Counted from the stretch's first letter, positions 38,344 through 48,612 are shown. The stretch is 64,000 bases of DNA from a bacterium (GCA_043779265.1 JAYWEM010000001.1:1-64000); one strand, 5' to 3'. Program-made: numbers and translations. The notes: a model not told the origin generated them from the letters alone.

Positions 38344-39443
38344 GCCGCGGACCTCGAATCGCCGGTCATCATCGCGAGGAGTTCGGGTCGCGTGACATAG
38401 GCGGCGAAGCCCCACTTCTCCTCGGCCTTGAGGAACGCCTCATCCGGATCGATCTCGCCGGCCCGCACGAGTGCGAGCAGCGACTGGTCCATGAGCTGCA
38501 TGCCGAGGCGCTTGCCCATCGTGATCGAGCCCGGGATCTGGAACGTCTTGCCGTCGCGGATCAACTGCTGCACCGCCGGCGTCACGACCAGGATCTCGAC
38601 CGCGGCGCGGCGGCCACGACCGTCGGCGGCCCGGATGAGCTCCTGACTGACGACCGCCTTCAAGTTGTCCGCGAGCGAATGGCGAACCTGCGCCTGATTG
38701 TCGCTTGGATGCGCATCGACGATGCGATCGATGGTCTGGGCCGCGCCCCGGGTGTGGAGTGTGCCGAGTACCAAGTGGCCCGTCTCAGCGGCTTCGAGCG
38801 CCAGTGTCACGGTGTCGGCGTCGCGAAGCTCGCCGACCAGGATGACGTCGGGGTCCTGACGAAGTGCGGAGCGCAGACCTTCGCGGAAGCTCGGGACATG
38901 CGTGCCGAGCTCGCGCTGGACGACTTGCGCCTTGGCGCCCTTGTGCACGAACTCGACCGGGTCCTCGAGCGTCACGATGGTGAGCATGGAGGTGCGGTTG
39001 ATCTCGCCGATCATCGCCGCGAGCGTCGTCGACTTGCCCGTTCCGGTGGAGCCGGTGACGAGCACGAGTCCCGATCGCAGCCGCGTGAATTGCTGGATCA
39101 CTTTGGGCAAACTGAGATCCGCCAGGTCGGGAGTCCGATCGGGGACCGCGCGGCAGATCGCGCTCAGCCCGCGGCTATGGCGAACGACGTTGACGCGGAA
39201 TCGACCGACTCCGGGAGCGGTGTACGCCAGGTCCACCGAGCCGCGCTCCTTCAGCTGGAGTTCGAGGTTCTCGTCGAGGAGCTCGCGCACGAAGCCCTCG
39301 GTCTCCTCCATCGAGAGTGCGCGGTACTTGACCGGCGTCAGCTCGCCATCGAGACGCACGAGCGGCGGCAGTCCGACCACGAAATGGATATCGGAACCGC
39401 CTTGCTGCTTGCCGATCTCGAGGAACGCGTCGATGCGGGCCAT
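38340..39443 (-). CDS. pilT: PilT/PilU-family retraction ATPase
   Basis: SDIHF, GRFRVN, GSTGTGKSTTLA, LEDPVE, RQDPDVILVGELRD, ETGHLVLGTLH. Confidence 0.92.
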   Translation of the reverse strand: MARIDAFLEIGKQQGGSDIHFVVGLPPLVRLDGELTPVKYRALSMEETEGFVRELLDENLELQLKERGSVDLAYTAPGVGRFRVNVVRHSRGLSAICRAVPDRTPDLADLSLPKVIQQFTRLRSGLVLVTGSTGTGKSTTLAAMIGEINRTSMLTIVTLEDPVEFVHKGAKAQVVQRELGTHVPSFREGLRSALRQDPDVILVGELRDADTVTLALEAAETGHLVLGTLHTRGAAQTIDRIVDAHPSDNQAQVRHSLADNLKAVVSQELIRAADGRGRRAAVEILVVTPAVQQLIRDGKTFQIPGSITMGKRLGMQLMDQSLLALVRAGEIDPDEAFLKAEEKWGFAAYVTRPELLAMMTGDSRSAA

Positions 39444-39456
39444 GGGTTCTCGTCCC

Positions 39457-41790
39457 CTAGCCCGAGTGCCGAAGCATCTCGAGCATCGCAGCGGCCGTCT
39501 GGGGACGGTCGTCCGCGAAGCGCGACATGGAACGCATGACGATCTCGTTGACCCCGGCCGGGATGCCAGCGGCGACCTGGTCGAGCGCCGGGACATCGGC
39601 CTCGAGGTGCTGGAACAGCACGTTCACGGCGTTCGCGCCGGCGAATGGCTGCTTCCCCGACAACATCTCGTAGAGCACGATTCCGAGCGAGTAGAGATCC
39701 GAACGCGCATCGATCTCGTGGCCGGTGATCTGCTCGGGTGAGATGTACTCGGGCGTGCCCACCAGGATGCCGCTCTGGGTCAGGCGCGAGCGCGAACTCT
39801 GCGAGACGGCTGCGAGGCCGAAGTCGACGATCTTGGCCGTGTCGAGCTTGTCGATGAGCAGGTTGGCGGGCTTGATGTCGCGATGGATGATCCCCAGCGC
39901 GTGCGCCGCGGTCAGTCCCTCGAGCACCTGGTCGGCGATGTGCAGCACGCGCGCCACCGGCATGGGCCCGTCCTGCCGCAGTGCGGTGCCCAGATCGCGT
40001 CCATCGAAGTGCTCCATCGAGATCGCGTGCGCGCCGCGCAGATCGAGCAGGTCGTGGATGCGGATGACGTTGGAGTGCGTGATGCGCCGCGTCAGTTTCA
40101 GTTCCTGCACGAAGCGCTTGATCATCGCCTCGTCCATCGACAGCTGCGGGCTGAGGATCTTGAGCACCAGTTCCTCGCGCACCACGGTGTCCTCGACGAG
40201 GTACACGGTTCCGAATCCACCGCCGCCGATCCGCTGCAGCACTCGGAAGCGCTCGATGAGCACGGTACCCGGCTCGAGGCGCTGGAAGTGGAGCGTGCGA
40301 TGCGAATCCTGATGGACGCCTTCGACACCGGCGCTCGGTGTTCCGCGCTTGGAGCCCGAGTCGGATCGACCGGTGTCCGGCCCGTAACTGCCGCGGACTT
40401 CCAGCGGCATCGGGTTGCTGCCACTGCCCCCGGCACCGGCCTCCCGCAGCGTGTCGAGCAGCGTGGTGCGCTCGCTGTCCGGCAGTTCCATCTTCGACAT
40501 GCTCGACAGCGCGTGCAGCGCCTCGCGTCGGATCTCGCTGCTATCGGATCGCGCCAGCTGGCAGATGGGCTCGACCGCGCGGACGTCCGCGAGCTTCGCC
40601 AGGGCACGGATGCAGAGCGGAATGGCGCGCGTGTCACGGTGCAGCAGGTGGAGCAGTGGCTCGACGGCACGGTTGTCGCCCGTCTTGGCCAGAGCGTCGA
40701 TGGCGCGCTCGCGCACCCACCAGTCGGGATCTTGGAGCGCGTCGATCAGCGCCGGGACCGCGCGCTTGTCCGGCACGGTGTTGAGGATCTCGACGGCGTA
40801 GCGCCGAACGAAATCATCGCCGTCGCGCACCAGCCCGATCACGGCCTCCACGACGCGCGTGCCGCCCAGGGTGCCCAGGGCATCGGCGGCGCGAACGCGC
40901 ACCCACCAGTCCTGGTCGCGCAGGGCCGAGACGAGGTCCTTGATGGCATCGACGGTGACGACCTGATTGAGCACCTCGACCGCGCTGCGGCGCACGTATT
41001 CCGAGTCATCCTTCAGGGCATCGAGCAGGTGGGGCACGGCGTTGACGTCGCCGACCGCGATCAACGTCTCGATGCTGGCGTTCTGCACCTTCATGTCGGA
41101 GTCACGCAGCATGCCACACAGGGCCGGGACGGCTGACGTGGCCTTGAGCTGCCCGAGCGCCTTGACCGCCTCGAGCCGCACCGCCGCCGTGGGGTCGGTG
41201 AGTCGTCCCGTCAGCGCCTGGATCGACTCGGGCGTGTCGAATCGGCCGAGCAGCCGCGAGAGATGCAGCCGCAGCCACCAGTCGTCGTTCGAGAGATAGG
41301 CTGCGGCATCGCGAACGATGGTGGCGTCGGCGCTGCGCTCGATCAAGCGGAAGACGCTGCCACGGGCATCCTTCGTCAGCTCGGGCAGGAGGCGGAGCAG
41401 CGTGGACGTCTGCACGCGCGGCAGCTGCTCCTGAAGAACCGCTTCGAGACGCGCCTTGCTGACGCGCGAATCGGCGAACAGCGGCAGCAGCTCCGTCGGC
41501 TCGTAGTGCTCACCCGCTGCGAGGGCGCGGGTCGCGGCCTCGGCGACCGGAGCGCTCTGGGAGCGTAGCGCCTCGACGTAGTGCGACAGCGTCTCCTTCG
41601 TCAGCAGCCGGCCGAGGACGAACTGCAGCGAGTCCAAGCTGGCACCACCCTGAGCCGCGTCGAACAGCGACTTGATCGCGGATCCGCCCAGCGTCAACAG
41701 GTGCTCCTCCGCCGCTCGCGCCTCCGACTCATCCGTCGAGGCGAGGCGGCGAACGAGGTGTCCGGCCTGGAAGCGCTTGAGGAGGTCCAT
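39457..41790 (-). CDS. HEAT-repeat protein with C-terminal Hanks-type Ser/Thr kinase
   Basis: Repeated L.D.DWWVR..A..ALG HEAT units; GGGGFGTVY, HRDIKPAN, DFG, GTPEYISPE. Confidence 0.92.
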   Translation of the reverse strand: MDLLKRFQAGHLVRRLASTDESEARAAEEHLLTLGGSAIKSLFDAAQGGASLDSLQFVLGRLLTKETLSHYVEALRSQSAPVAEAATRALAAGEHYEPTELLPLFADSRVSKARLEAVLQEQLPRVQTSTLLRLLPELTKDARGSVFRLIERSADATIVRDAAAYLSNDDWWLRLHLSRLLGRFDTPESIQALTGRLTDPTAAVRLEAVKALGQLKATSAVPALCGMLRDSDMKVQNASIETLIAVGDVNAVPHLLDALKDDSEYVRRSAVEVLNQVVTVDAIKDLVSALRDQDWWVRVRAADALGTLGGTRVVEAVIGLVRDGDDFVRRYAVEILNTVPDKRAVPALIDALQDPDWWVRERAIDALAKTGDNRAVEPLLHLLHRDTRAIPLCIRALAKLADVRAVEPICQLARSDSSEIRREALHALSSMSKMELPDSERTTLLDTLREAGAGGSGSNPMPLEVRGSYGPDTGRSDSGSKRGTPSAGVEGVHQDSHRTLHFQRLEPGTVLIERFRVLQRIGGGGFGTVYLVEDTVVREELVLKILSPQLSMDEAMIKRFVQELKLTRRITHSNVIRIHDLLDLRGAHAISMEHFDGRDLGTALRQDGPMPVARVLHIADQVLEGLTAAHALGIIHRDIKPANLLIDKLDTAKIVDFGLAAVSQSSRSRLTQSGILVGTPEYISPEQITGHEIDARSDLYSLGIVLYEMLSGKQPFAGANAVNVLFQHLEADVPALDQVAAGIPAGVNEIVMRSMSRFADDRPQTAAAMLEMLRHSG

Positions 41791-41820
41791 CGAGTGGTCA
41801 TCCCCTCCCTGGGGGTCGGC

Positions 41821-42438
41821 TCAGCGGGGAAGCAGCAGGTACATGGCTCCAGCGCCCAGTAAGGCGCCGAGCAGGAAGGTCACGACCAACGTGGAAGTCG
41901 AGCTCGACGCGGACGGCGCCGCCGATGTCGAGACCGAACCCGAACCCGAACCCATGGCCGATGTTGCGGTGGGAGCCTGAGCCGTCGAGGCGATCGGCAG
42001 CGGCGGGGGTGGGGAGCTCTCCTTCTCGCGCTGCGTCTCGAGCAGATGCCCGAGCTCGGTGCGCGACAGGATGACCGTGTGCTGCTCGGCGTCCGACGGG
42101 CGGCGCGCATCCGCGGCCAGTGTCCGGCGATCGATCTCATAGCCGACCCACAGCGTGTACTTGCCGAAACGGACCACGTCGTTGTTGCGGACCACGGCCG
42201 TGTTGACCGCCTGGTCGTTCACGAACGTGCCGTTGGCGCTGCCCAGATCGACGACCTGGTAGTCGCCATTGGACGTGCGCTCCATGCGGAAGTGGTCACG
42301 CGAGATGCCGGGATTGTCGACGAACACGTCGGCCGCGGGATCGCGTCCCACGCTGACGACCTGCTTGTCGAACGTGAAGTTGCGCACGGGGCGCCCCATC
42401 AGGGACAGGCGCAACTTGAGGAGCTGGGGTTCGGACAT
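41821..42438 (-). CDS. FHA-domain protein with C-terminal membrane helix
   Basis: VGR...ISRDH...DLGSANGTFVN FHA motifs; hydrophobic C-terminus; GGAGG RBS. Confidence 0.9.
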   Translation of the reverse strand: MSEPQLLKLRLSLMGRPVRNFTFDKQVVSVGRDPAADVFVDNPGISRDHFRMERTSNGDYQVVDLGSANGTFVNDQAVNTAVVRNNDVVRFGKYTLWVGYEIDRRTLAADARRPSDAEQHTVILSRTELGHLLETQREKESSPPPPLPIASTAQAPTATSAMGSGSGSVSTSAAPSASSSTSTLVVTFLLGALLGAGAMYLLLPR

Positions 42439-42512
42439 GGCGTCCTCCGACACGGGTTTCCGAGAGGCCGCCCGTCATCAAGAGCGAGACGGGGCGGTCC
42501 TGTTCCTTGGGC

Positions 42513-42540
42513 TCATCGGCGCATCGAGAGTTCGACTTGA
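42513..42540 (-). promoter_or_regulatory. sigma28-like promoter of FHA-kinase-pilT-pilT operon
   Basis: Minus strand TCAAG-N15-GCCGATGA. Confidence 0.65.
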
Positions 42541-42709
42541 CTGCGATTTGCACGCTTGAGCGGATGGGCCGGGAAGCGGGAGGTGCGCGCCGGTGCGCCC
42601 GGGTCGGGCGTCGGTCGGCCTGTGGGCCCCGGTGGTTCGGCCGCTCCGGCACCTCGTGCTAGCGTCGCCCGACCTCAGTGCCGAGATCCCCAACCGCGTC
42701 GGAGGCCTC

Positions 42710-45190
42710 ATGCCGTCCAAGTCGTTCCTGCGGTGCATCCTCGCTGGCTCGCTCCTGATCCTCGTGCCGGTCGCCTCGGCCGATCCGCGGCCGCCCGCGG
42801 CGCTCGACGCCTCGCAGATGCGTCTGGCGCTCCAGCGACTCCAGGTCGCGGGCAGTGCGCTCTACGTGGCCGCCCACCCGGATGACGAGAACACCTCGGT
42901 CATCACGTGGTTGGTGCAGGGGCGCAAGGTCCGGACCGGCTATCTGTCGATGACGCGCGGGGACGGTGGACAGAATCTCATCGGATCCGAACTGGGCGAC
43001 GGGCTCGGCGTGATCCGGACCCAGGAACTCCTGGCCGCGCGGCGTGTCGACGGTGGTGAGCAGTTGTTCACGCGGGCGGTCGACTTCGGGTTCTCCAAGA
43101 ACTCGGAGGAGACCATGGAGATGTGGGGCCATGAGGCGCTTCTGTCCGACGTGGTCTGGGCCATCCGTCGATTCCGTCCGGATGTGCTCATCACCCGATT
43201 CCCACCCGATTCGAATGCGGGCCACGGGCACCACAGCGCGAGCGCGCAGCTCGCCGAGGAGGCGTTCTTGGCGGCGGCGGACCCCAAGCGCTTCCCGGAG
43301 CAACTGGCGCATGTGAAGCCCTGGCAGGCGAAACGCCTCGTGTGGAATGCCTTTGTGCGCGGTAGCACCGTGCTCGATCCGAGTTGGCTGCGGATCGATG
43401 TCGGCGCCTACGATCCGTTGCTCGGCCGCTCGTTCAGCGAGTTCGCCGGCGTCAGCCGCAGCTTCCATAAGAGTCAGGGTTTCGGCGCGCCCGAGCGCCG
43501 CGGCGTTCTGCCCAACTACTTCGCTCACAAGTTGGGCGAAGCGGCCAGCGCTGATCTGTTCGATGGGGTGGACCTGACGTGGCGGCGATTCCCGGGCGGC
43601 GAGCGCGTGCAGGCGGCGCTCGCCGAGGCCGAGAAGCGCTACGATCCGACGCGGCCGCAGGCGATCCTCCCGTTCCTCGCCAAGGCGCACACCGCGCTCG
43701 CCTCACTTCCGGCCGGTGACCCGCTGGTCGAGGCTCGATGCGCCGAACTGGAGCACGTCATGGCCAGCTGCGCCGGGCTGTGGGTCGAGGCCATCGCGCT
43801 TCATGGCACGGCGATCCCCGGGTCGCCGCTTCGGGTCATGACCTCGGTGCTGCAGCGCGTCGAGACCCCGGTGGTCGTCGAGTCGGTCGAACTCGCGGGG
43901 AAGAAGATCCCCGCTGCGCGAACGCTGAGTCCCGGCCTCGCCTTGAATGACACGCTGCAGATCCGCGTTCCCGTGGACCAGGCGCCGAGTCAGCCCTACT
44001 GGTTGGCACGGCCCTACCGAGGCGGCCGCTTCGATGTGGAGCCTCCGCTGTCGATCGGGCTGGCCGAGAATCCTGCGGCGCTGACCGCGCGCATCCGCGT
44101 GAGGCTCGGCGAGGTCTCCTTCACGATCGAGCGAGGGGTCGCCTTCCGCTGGGTCGATCCGGTGCTGGGGGAGCGCTGGCGCGCGCTCGACGTGGCTCCG
44201 CCGGCGACGCTCGCACTCGACGAGGAGGCCTATCTGTTCCCCGATCGGGCCGCGCGCAATGTCGCAGTGACCGTGACGGCGCAGCGGGCCGGAGTCTCCG
44301 GAACGCTCGGGCTCAGCCTGCCCGAGGGTTGGACCAGTGTTCCCGCAACGGTTCCCGTCTCGATCGCGAAGGAGGCCGGCGAATCGCGCTTCGTGTTCCA
44401 GGTGACGCCGGCCGCCTCGGCGAGCGCCTCGCGGATCGTGGCCGCGATCGAGGTCGACGGCCGCAGCTGGTCGCACTCCCGCGTCACGATCGACCACCCG
44501 CACATCCCGCGGCAGACGCTCTTCCCGCCGGCGGATGCCCCGGCCGTGCGCACGGATCTCGTTCGCCGCGGCGAGCGGATCGGCTACGTCATGGGCTCGG
44601 GCGACGTCGGCCCCATGGCACTGCGCCAAATGGGCTATCAGGTCACGCTGCTCTCCGATGCCGACTTGGAGAGCGCGGATCTCAGCCGCTTCGATGCGAT
44701 CGTCACCGGCGTGCGCGCGCTCAACACGCGCTCGCGGTTGCGGGCACTGCAGCCGCGTCTGCTCGACTATGCTGAACAGGGCGGCACGTTGGTCGTGCAG
44801 TACGTGACCACGTCCGATGGTCCGGTCGAGAATCTCGGACCCTTCCCGTTCCGTGTCTCGCGTGATCGCGTCACGGTCGAAGCGGCCCCGGTTCGCTTCG
44901 CGCGCCCGGGCCACGCGCTGCTGAGCGGACCGAACGTCCTCGGCGCGGCCGACTTCGAGGGCTGGGTGCAGGAGCGCGGGCTCTACTTCGCCAATCCCTG
45001 GGACCCGCGCTACGACGCGGTGCTGTCCTCGAACGATCCCCATGAACCCGCGCGTGACGGTGGACTGCTCTATGCGCGGCACGGCAAGGGGCAGTTCATC
45101 TACTGCGGCTATGCGCTCTTCCGTCAGTTGCCCGCAGGCGTCCCCGGAGCCTGGCGACTGTTCGCGAATCTCGTGAGCCCACGGCCGTGA
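42710..45190 (+). CDS. Secreted PIG-L/LmbE-family deacetylase with C-terminal Ig-like and glutamine-amidotransferase-like domains
   Basis: Signal peptide; AAHPDDE, TRGDGGQN.IG, RTQELLAAR, HGHH; GYVMGSGD, WVQERGLYF. Confidence 0.88.
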   Translation: MPSKSFLRCILAGSLLILVPVASADPRPPAALDASQMRLALQRLQVAGSALYVAAHPDDENTSVITWLVQGRKVRTGYLSMTRGDGGQNLIGSELGDGLGVIRTQELLAARRVDGGEQLFTRAVDFGFSKNSEETMEMWGHEALLSDVVWAIRRFRPDVLITRFPPDSNAGHGHHSASAQLAEEAFLAAADPKRFPEQLAHVKPWQAKRLVWNAFVRGSTVLDPSWLRIDVGAYDPLLGRSFSEFAGVSRSFHKSQGFGAPERRGVLPNYFAHKLGEAASADLFDGVDLTWRRFPGGERVQAALAEAEKRYDPTRPQAILPFLAKAHTALASLPAGDPLVEARCAELEHVMASCAGLWVEAIALHGTAIPGSPLRVMTSVLQRVETPVVVESVELAGKKIPAARTLSPGLALNDTLQIRVPVDQAPSQPYWLARPYRGGRFDVEPPLSIGLAENPAALTARIRVRLGEVSFTIERGVAFRWVDPVLGERWRALDVAPPATLALDEEAYLFPDRAARNVAVTVTAQRAGVSGTLGLSLPEGWTSVPATVPVSIAKEAGESRFVFQVTPAASASASRIVAAIEVDGRSWSHSRVTIDHPHIPRQTLFPPADAPAVRTDLVRRGERIGYVMGSGDVGPMALRQMGYQVTLLSDADLESADLSRFDAIVTGVRALNTRSRLRALQPRLLDYAEQGGTLVVQYVTTSDGPVENLGPFPFRVSRDRVTVEAAPVRFARPGHALLSGPNVLGAADFEGWVQERGLYFANPWDPRYDAVLSSNDPHEPARDGGLLYARHGKGQFIYCGYALFRQLPAGVPGAWRLFANLVSPRP

Positions 45191-45333
45191 GCGAGCGGAG
45201 CCGTGAGGAGGCGGCCGAGGTCGATCCGCCACCGCCCATCCTGGGGCGCTGGAGTCGCCTCTACGCCGTGGTGCTTGCGGTGCTCGCCGCGACGATCGTG
45301 CTGATGGGTTGGGTGACGGAGCGCTTCCGATGA
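45187..45333 (+). CDS. 48-aa single-pass membrane protein (absent from ORF track)
   Basis: GTGA overlap with upstream stop and ATGA overlap with symporter; MSERSREEAAEVDPPPPILGRWSRLYAVVLAVLAATIVLMGWVTERFR. Confidence 0.75.
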   Translation: MSERSREEAAEVDPPPPILGRWSRLYAVVLAVLAATIVLMGWVTERFR

Positions 45334-47030
45334 ACGCGCTCGACTGGGGCGTGCTGGTCACGACGCTCGCTCTGTTCGTCGGCTACGGTGTGTGGCGCAG
45401 TCGCGAGACCCGCGATCTCACCGGCTATCTCGTGGCCGGCCGGCAGATGCCGTGGCCGATGGTGCTCCTGTCGGTGATGGCGACTCAGGCGAGCGCGGTC
45501 ACGTTCCTCGCCACGCCGGGCCAGGGCTATGTCGCGGGACTGTCGTTCCTGCAATTCTATCTCGGACTGCCGATCGCGATGGTCGTGTTGTCCGCGACGC
45601 TCGTGCCGCTCTATCAGCGACTTCGCGTCAAGACCGCCTACGAGTTCCTGGAGATGCGTTTCGACGGCAAGACGCGCACGCTGGCCACCGCTCTGTTCCT
45701 GACCCAGCGCGGACTCGCCGCCGGCATCACGCTCTATGCGCCGGCGTTGCTGTTCAGCGTCGTGCTCGGCTGGGACATCCGGTGGACATGCATCGCGATG
45801 GGCGTACTGGTCGCGACTTATACCGCCATCGGTGGCTCGCGCGCCGTCGGTCACACGCATGCACTCCAGTTCTGCATCATCATGGCGACGCTGGGCGTCG
45901 CATTCGCGCTCGTGATGCAGGGCCTGCCGGGTGGCCTCGGATTCGGTGACGCGCTCGCGGTGGCAGGGCGCGAGGGCAAGCTCAATGCGCTCGACTTCGA
46001 GTTCGACCCCACCAGTCGCTACAACGTGTGGGCCGGGCTCATCGGCGGATTCTTCCTGCAGATGAGCTACTTCGGCACCGACCAGTCGCAGGTCGGACGC
46101 CTCCTGACCGCGAAGTCCTCACGCGAGAGTCGCCTCGGGCTGCTGGCGAACGGGCTGCTCAAGGTGCCGATGCAGGCGTTCATCCTCCTCCTGGGAGTGA
46201 TGGTCTACGTCGGCCACCAGTTCACGCCCGCCCCGATGTTCGCCAATCCCGCCGAGGTCACCAAGGTGAGCCAGGGCGCTCACGCGGAGCGCTGGCACGA
46301 GGCGGAGCGACAGCACGCCGCGGCCGATGTCGCTCACGGTGCAGCGCTGCAGGACTGGCTCGAGGCGCGACGCCAGGGGGATGCGCAGGCCGAGCAGAGT
46401 GCCGAGGCGGCGCGCGTCCGCACCCGTGCCGATCGCGAGGCTGCGAGGACCTCCGCGCTCGGGGCGCTCAAGGACACGGACCCCGCCGCCAACACGAACG
46501 ACACCAACCATCGCTTCCTCGTGTTCGTGCTCGGGGCGTTCCCGGCGGGCCTGATCGGGCTGATGCTGGCTGCGGTCTTCGCTGCGGCGATGAACGCCAC
46601 CTCGAGCGAGATCCACGCGCTCACGAGCACGACCATCGTCGATGTGGTCTCGCGCATCCCCGGCCTGCCGAAGAGCGAGGAGGCCCTGCTGACCTGGTCG
46701 AAGTTCGCCGCGCTGTTCTGGGTCGGCTTCGCCGTGCTGTTCGCCGAGAATGCCGGGCGGGCGGGTTCGCTGGTCGAGGTCGTGAACATCCTCGGCTCGC
46801 TGTTCTACGGCACCATCCTCGGCATCTTCCTGAGTGGGTTCTTCCTGCGCCGAGTCACCGGGACGCACGTCTTCATCGGCGCGATCGTCGCCGAGGTGAC
46901 GGTCCTCCTGTGCTGGAAGCTCACCCCCATCTCGTTCCTCTGGTACAACCTCGTCGGTTGCGTCCTGACGATGGGTGTCGCCGCGCTGCTCGCGGCAAGA
47001 CGCGAGAGTCCGACGCCCGCGTCCGTCTGA
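45330..47030 (+). CDS. Sodium:solute symporter family transporter
   Basis: SVMATQASAVTF..PG, TAYEFLEMRF, SYFGTDQSQV.R, many TM helices. Confidence 0.92.
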   Translation: MNALDWGVLVTTLALFVGYGVWRSRETRDLTGYLVAGRQMPWPMVLLSVMATQASAVTFLATPGQGYVAGLSFLQFYLGLPIAMVVLSATLVPLYQRLRVKTAYEFLEMRFDGKTRTLATALFLTQRGLAAGITLYAPALLFSVVLGWDIRWTCIAMGVLVATYTAIGGSRAVGHTHALQFCIIMATLGVAFALVMQGLPGGLGFGDALAVAGREGKLNALDFEFDPTSRYNVWAGLIGGFFLQMSYFGTDQSQVGRLLTAKSSRESRLGLLANGLLKVPMQAFILLLGVMVYVGHQFTPAPMFANPAEVTKVSQGAHAERWHEAERQHAAADVAHGAALQDWLEARRQGDAQAEQSAEAARVRTRADREAARTSALGALKDTDPAANTNDTNHRFLVFVLGAFPAGLIGLMLAAVFAAAMNATSSEIHALTSTTIVDVVSRIPGLPKSEEALLTWSKFAALFWVGFAVLFAENAGRAGSLVEVVNILGSLFYGTILGIFLSGFFLRRVTGTHVFIGAIVAEVTVLLCWKLTPISFLWYNLVGCVLTMGVAALLAARRESPTPASV

Positions 47031-47054
47031 GCGGAGTCGTACGAAGCGAAACGA

Positions 47055-47088
47055 AACGGCCGCGGCTCCCGAAAGGGCCGCGGCCGTT
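47055..47088 (-). terminator. Intrinsic terminator
   Basis: AACGGCCGCGGC/GCCGCGGCCGTT stem; T-rich tail on minus strand. Confidence 0.7.
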
Positions 47089-47108
47089 CGCCAGGTGTAC
47101 CGGTGCCG

Positions 47109-47975
47109 CTACTTCTTCTTCGTCGTCCAGCTCGACAGGTCCTTCTCGTAGGTGGCGAGCAGGTCCTTGTTGAACTTGGGGTCGGCCTTGGCGATCGAGA
47201 CCGCCTTGGTCATGTGCGCGACGGCATCCTTGGCGCGCCCGGTCTTGTTGGCCACGCGCGCGGAGACGGCCAGCGTGCGCGGGTTCTCCTCGGCCTTGAC
47301 GGCCGTGGCAGCCCATGCGGTCGCCTCGTCCATCGCCACGTCGGCATCCATGCACCACGCGGCCGCACCCATCGGCGTGCGCCAGTCGTCGGCCTTGGCC
47401 GCAGCGATGGCCTCACGTGCGGACTTCAGCACCATGCCGTTCACGTCCACCGCGATCGGCACCGAGACGCGCAGCTTCTCCCAGTGGATCGCGAGCTCGG
47501 CGCCCGAGGCGGTCGTGGGGTCGAGCGTGATGGCCATCCACTCCATGTGCGGAGCCGCGGCCGGGACGACATCGACACGCAGCTGGTCCTCCTCCGGCTT
47601 ATAGCCGAACGCGCCCCACAGCTCCTTCTGCTTCGAGAACACGACCACCCACTTGTCCTTGGCCGGAAGCGTCACGATCGCGTAGGTGCCGGCCGGCAGT
47701 GTCTGCCCCGCCACCTGGATGTCGGTGCTGGTCACGAACTGCGTGGCCTCATTGGCGCCGGTGCGCCACGCCTCGCCGTACGGCACGAGCGTTCCCCAGA
47801 TGGCGCGGTCCTTCACGCCGGGGCGGTGGTAGGTCACGGACAGCTCGGTGATGCCGATGGTCTGGCTGACCACGTTCTTCTGGCTGGCGCGCGGCAGCTG
47901 GAGCTGGGCGTGGGCCGGCGGGACGACACAGGCCAAGGCGAGCGCGACGATTGCGAGTCGGTGCATGGGGTGCAT
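47109..47975 (-). CDS. DUF2911 family secreted protein
   Basis: PRAS...Q.IG, YHRPGVK.R.IWG.LVPYG..WRTGANEAT, LPAGTY; GAGGAG RBS. Confidence 0.88.
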   Translation of the reverse strand: MHPMHRLAIVALALACVVPPAHAQLQLPRASQKNVVSQTIGITELSVTYHRPGVKDRAIWGTLVPYGEAWRTGANEATQFVTSTDIQVAGQTLPAGTYAIVTLPAKDKWVVVFSKQKELWGAFGYKPEEDQLRVDVVPAAAPHMEWMAITLDPTTASGAELAIHWEKLRVSVPIAVDVNGMVLKSAREAIAAAKADDWRTPMGAAAWCMDADVAMDEATAWAATAVKAEENPRTLAVSARVANKTGRAKDAVAHMTKAVSIAKADPKFNKDLLATYEKDLSSWTTKKK

Positions 47976-48177
47976 GGGACTCCTCATCCGATTGAGTGCG
48001 GGCAAAGGGACAGCGCGGGGCACGCGACGTGCATCCACGATCGAAAGACCCCGCTGAAGCCCTCACGCTAGCAGAAGGTGCACGGTCGAGGGCGGGAACG
48101 CGTTGCATTTTGCATGCCCGTGACCCCCGCGGGAGCATTCGCCCACGGGGCCGCACCTCGCTTCTCTCGCTGGAGGC

Positions 48178-48612
48178 ATGAACATGCTGACCTGGACACT
48201 CCTTCTCTGTGGAGCGCTCGGCTCCGACCAGGGAGCGCAGCCGATGCCGCTGCAGCCAGCGCCCGCCGGCGCGCGTTGCGTCGTGGGCGCTCGCCCGCTC
48301 GCCTGGAGCCCATACACGAGCCGAACGGAGTCGGGTATGACGATCGACCTCGATCCCGAGGCACGCGTCGCCTCGCCCGAGCGCGCATCCAGCCTGTACT
48401 CGCAGCAGGAGTTCGAATCGCTCGGCGACCTTCGCTCCGATGTGATGGCCGACGGCTCGCTTCGTCTGGTGCTGGGCGACCGACTCCAGAGCTACAGCGT
48501 GCTGCGCGTGGATGGTGCCGGGAAGTTGCGTCTCGACTGCGCTCACAGCGAACACGAGGCCGATCGGATGAGCCGCACCCCGGCACCGGCACGTGCGAGG
48601 GAGGACCGATGA
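48178..48612 (+). CDS. Small secreted protein coupled to downstream peptidase
   Basis: GGAGG RBS, signal-like N-terminus, DGSLRLVLGDRLQSYSVLRVDGAGKLRLDC; ATGA overlap with next gene. Confidence 0.65.
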   Translation: MNMLTWTLLLCGALGSDQGAQPMPLQPAPAGARCVVGARPLAWSPYTSRTESGMTIDLDPEARVASPERASSLYSQQEFESLGDLRSDVMADGSLRLVLGDRLQSYSVLRVDGAGKLRLDCAHSEHEADRMSRTPAPARAREDR

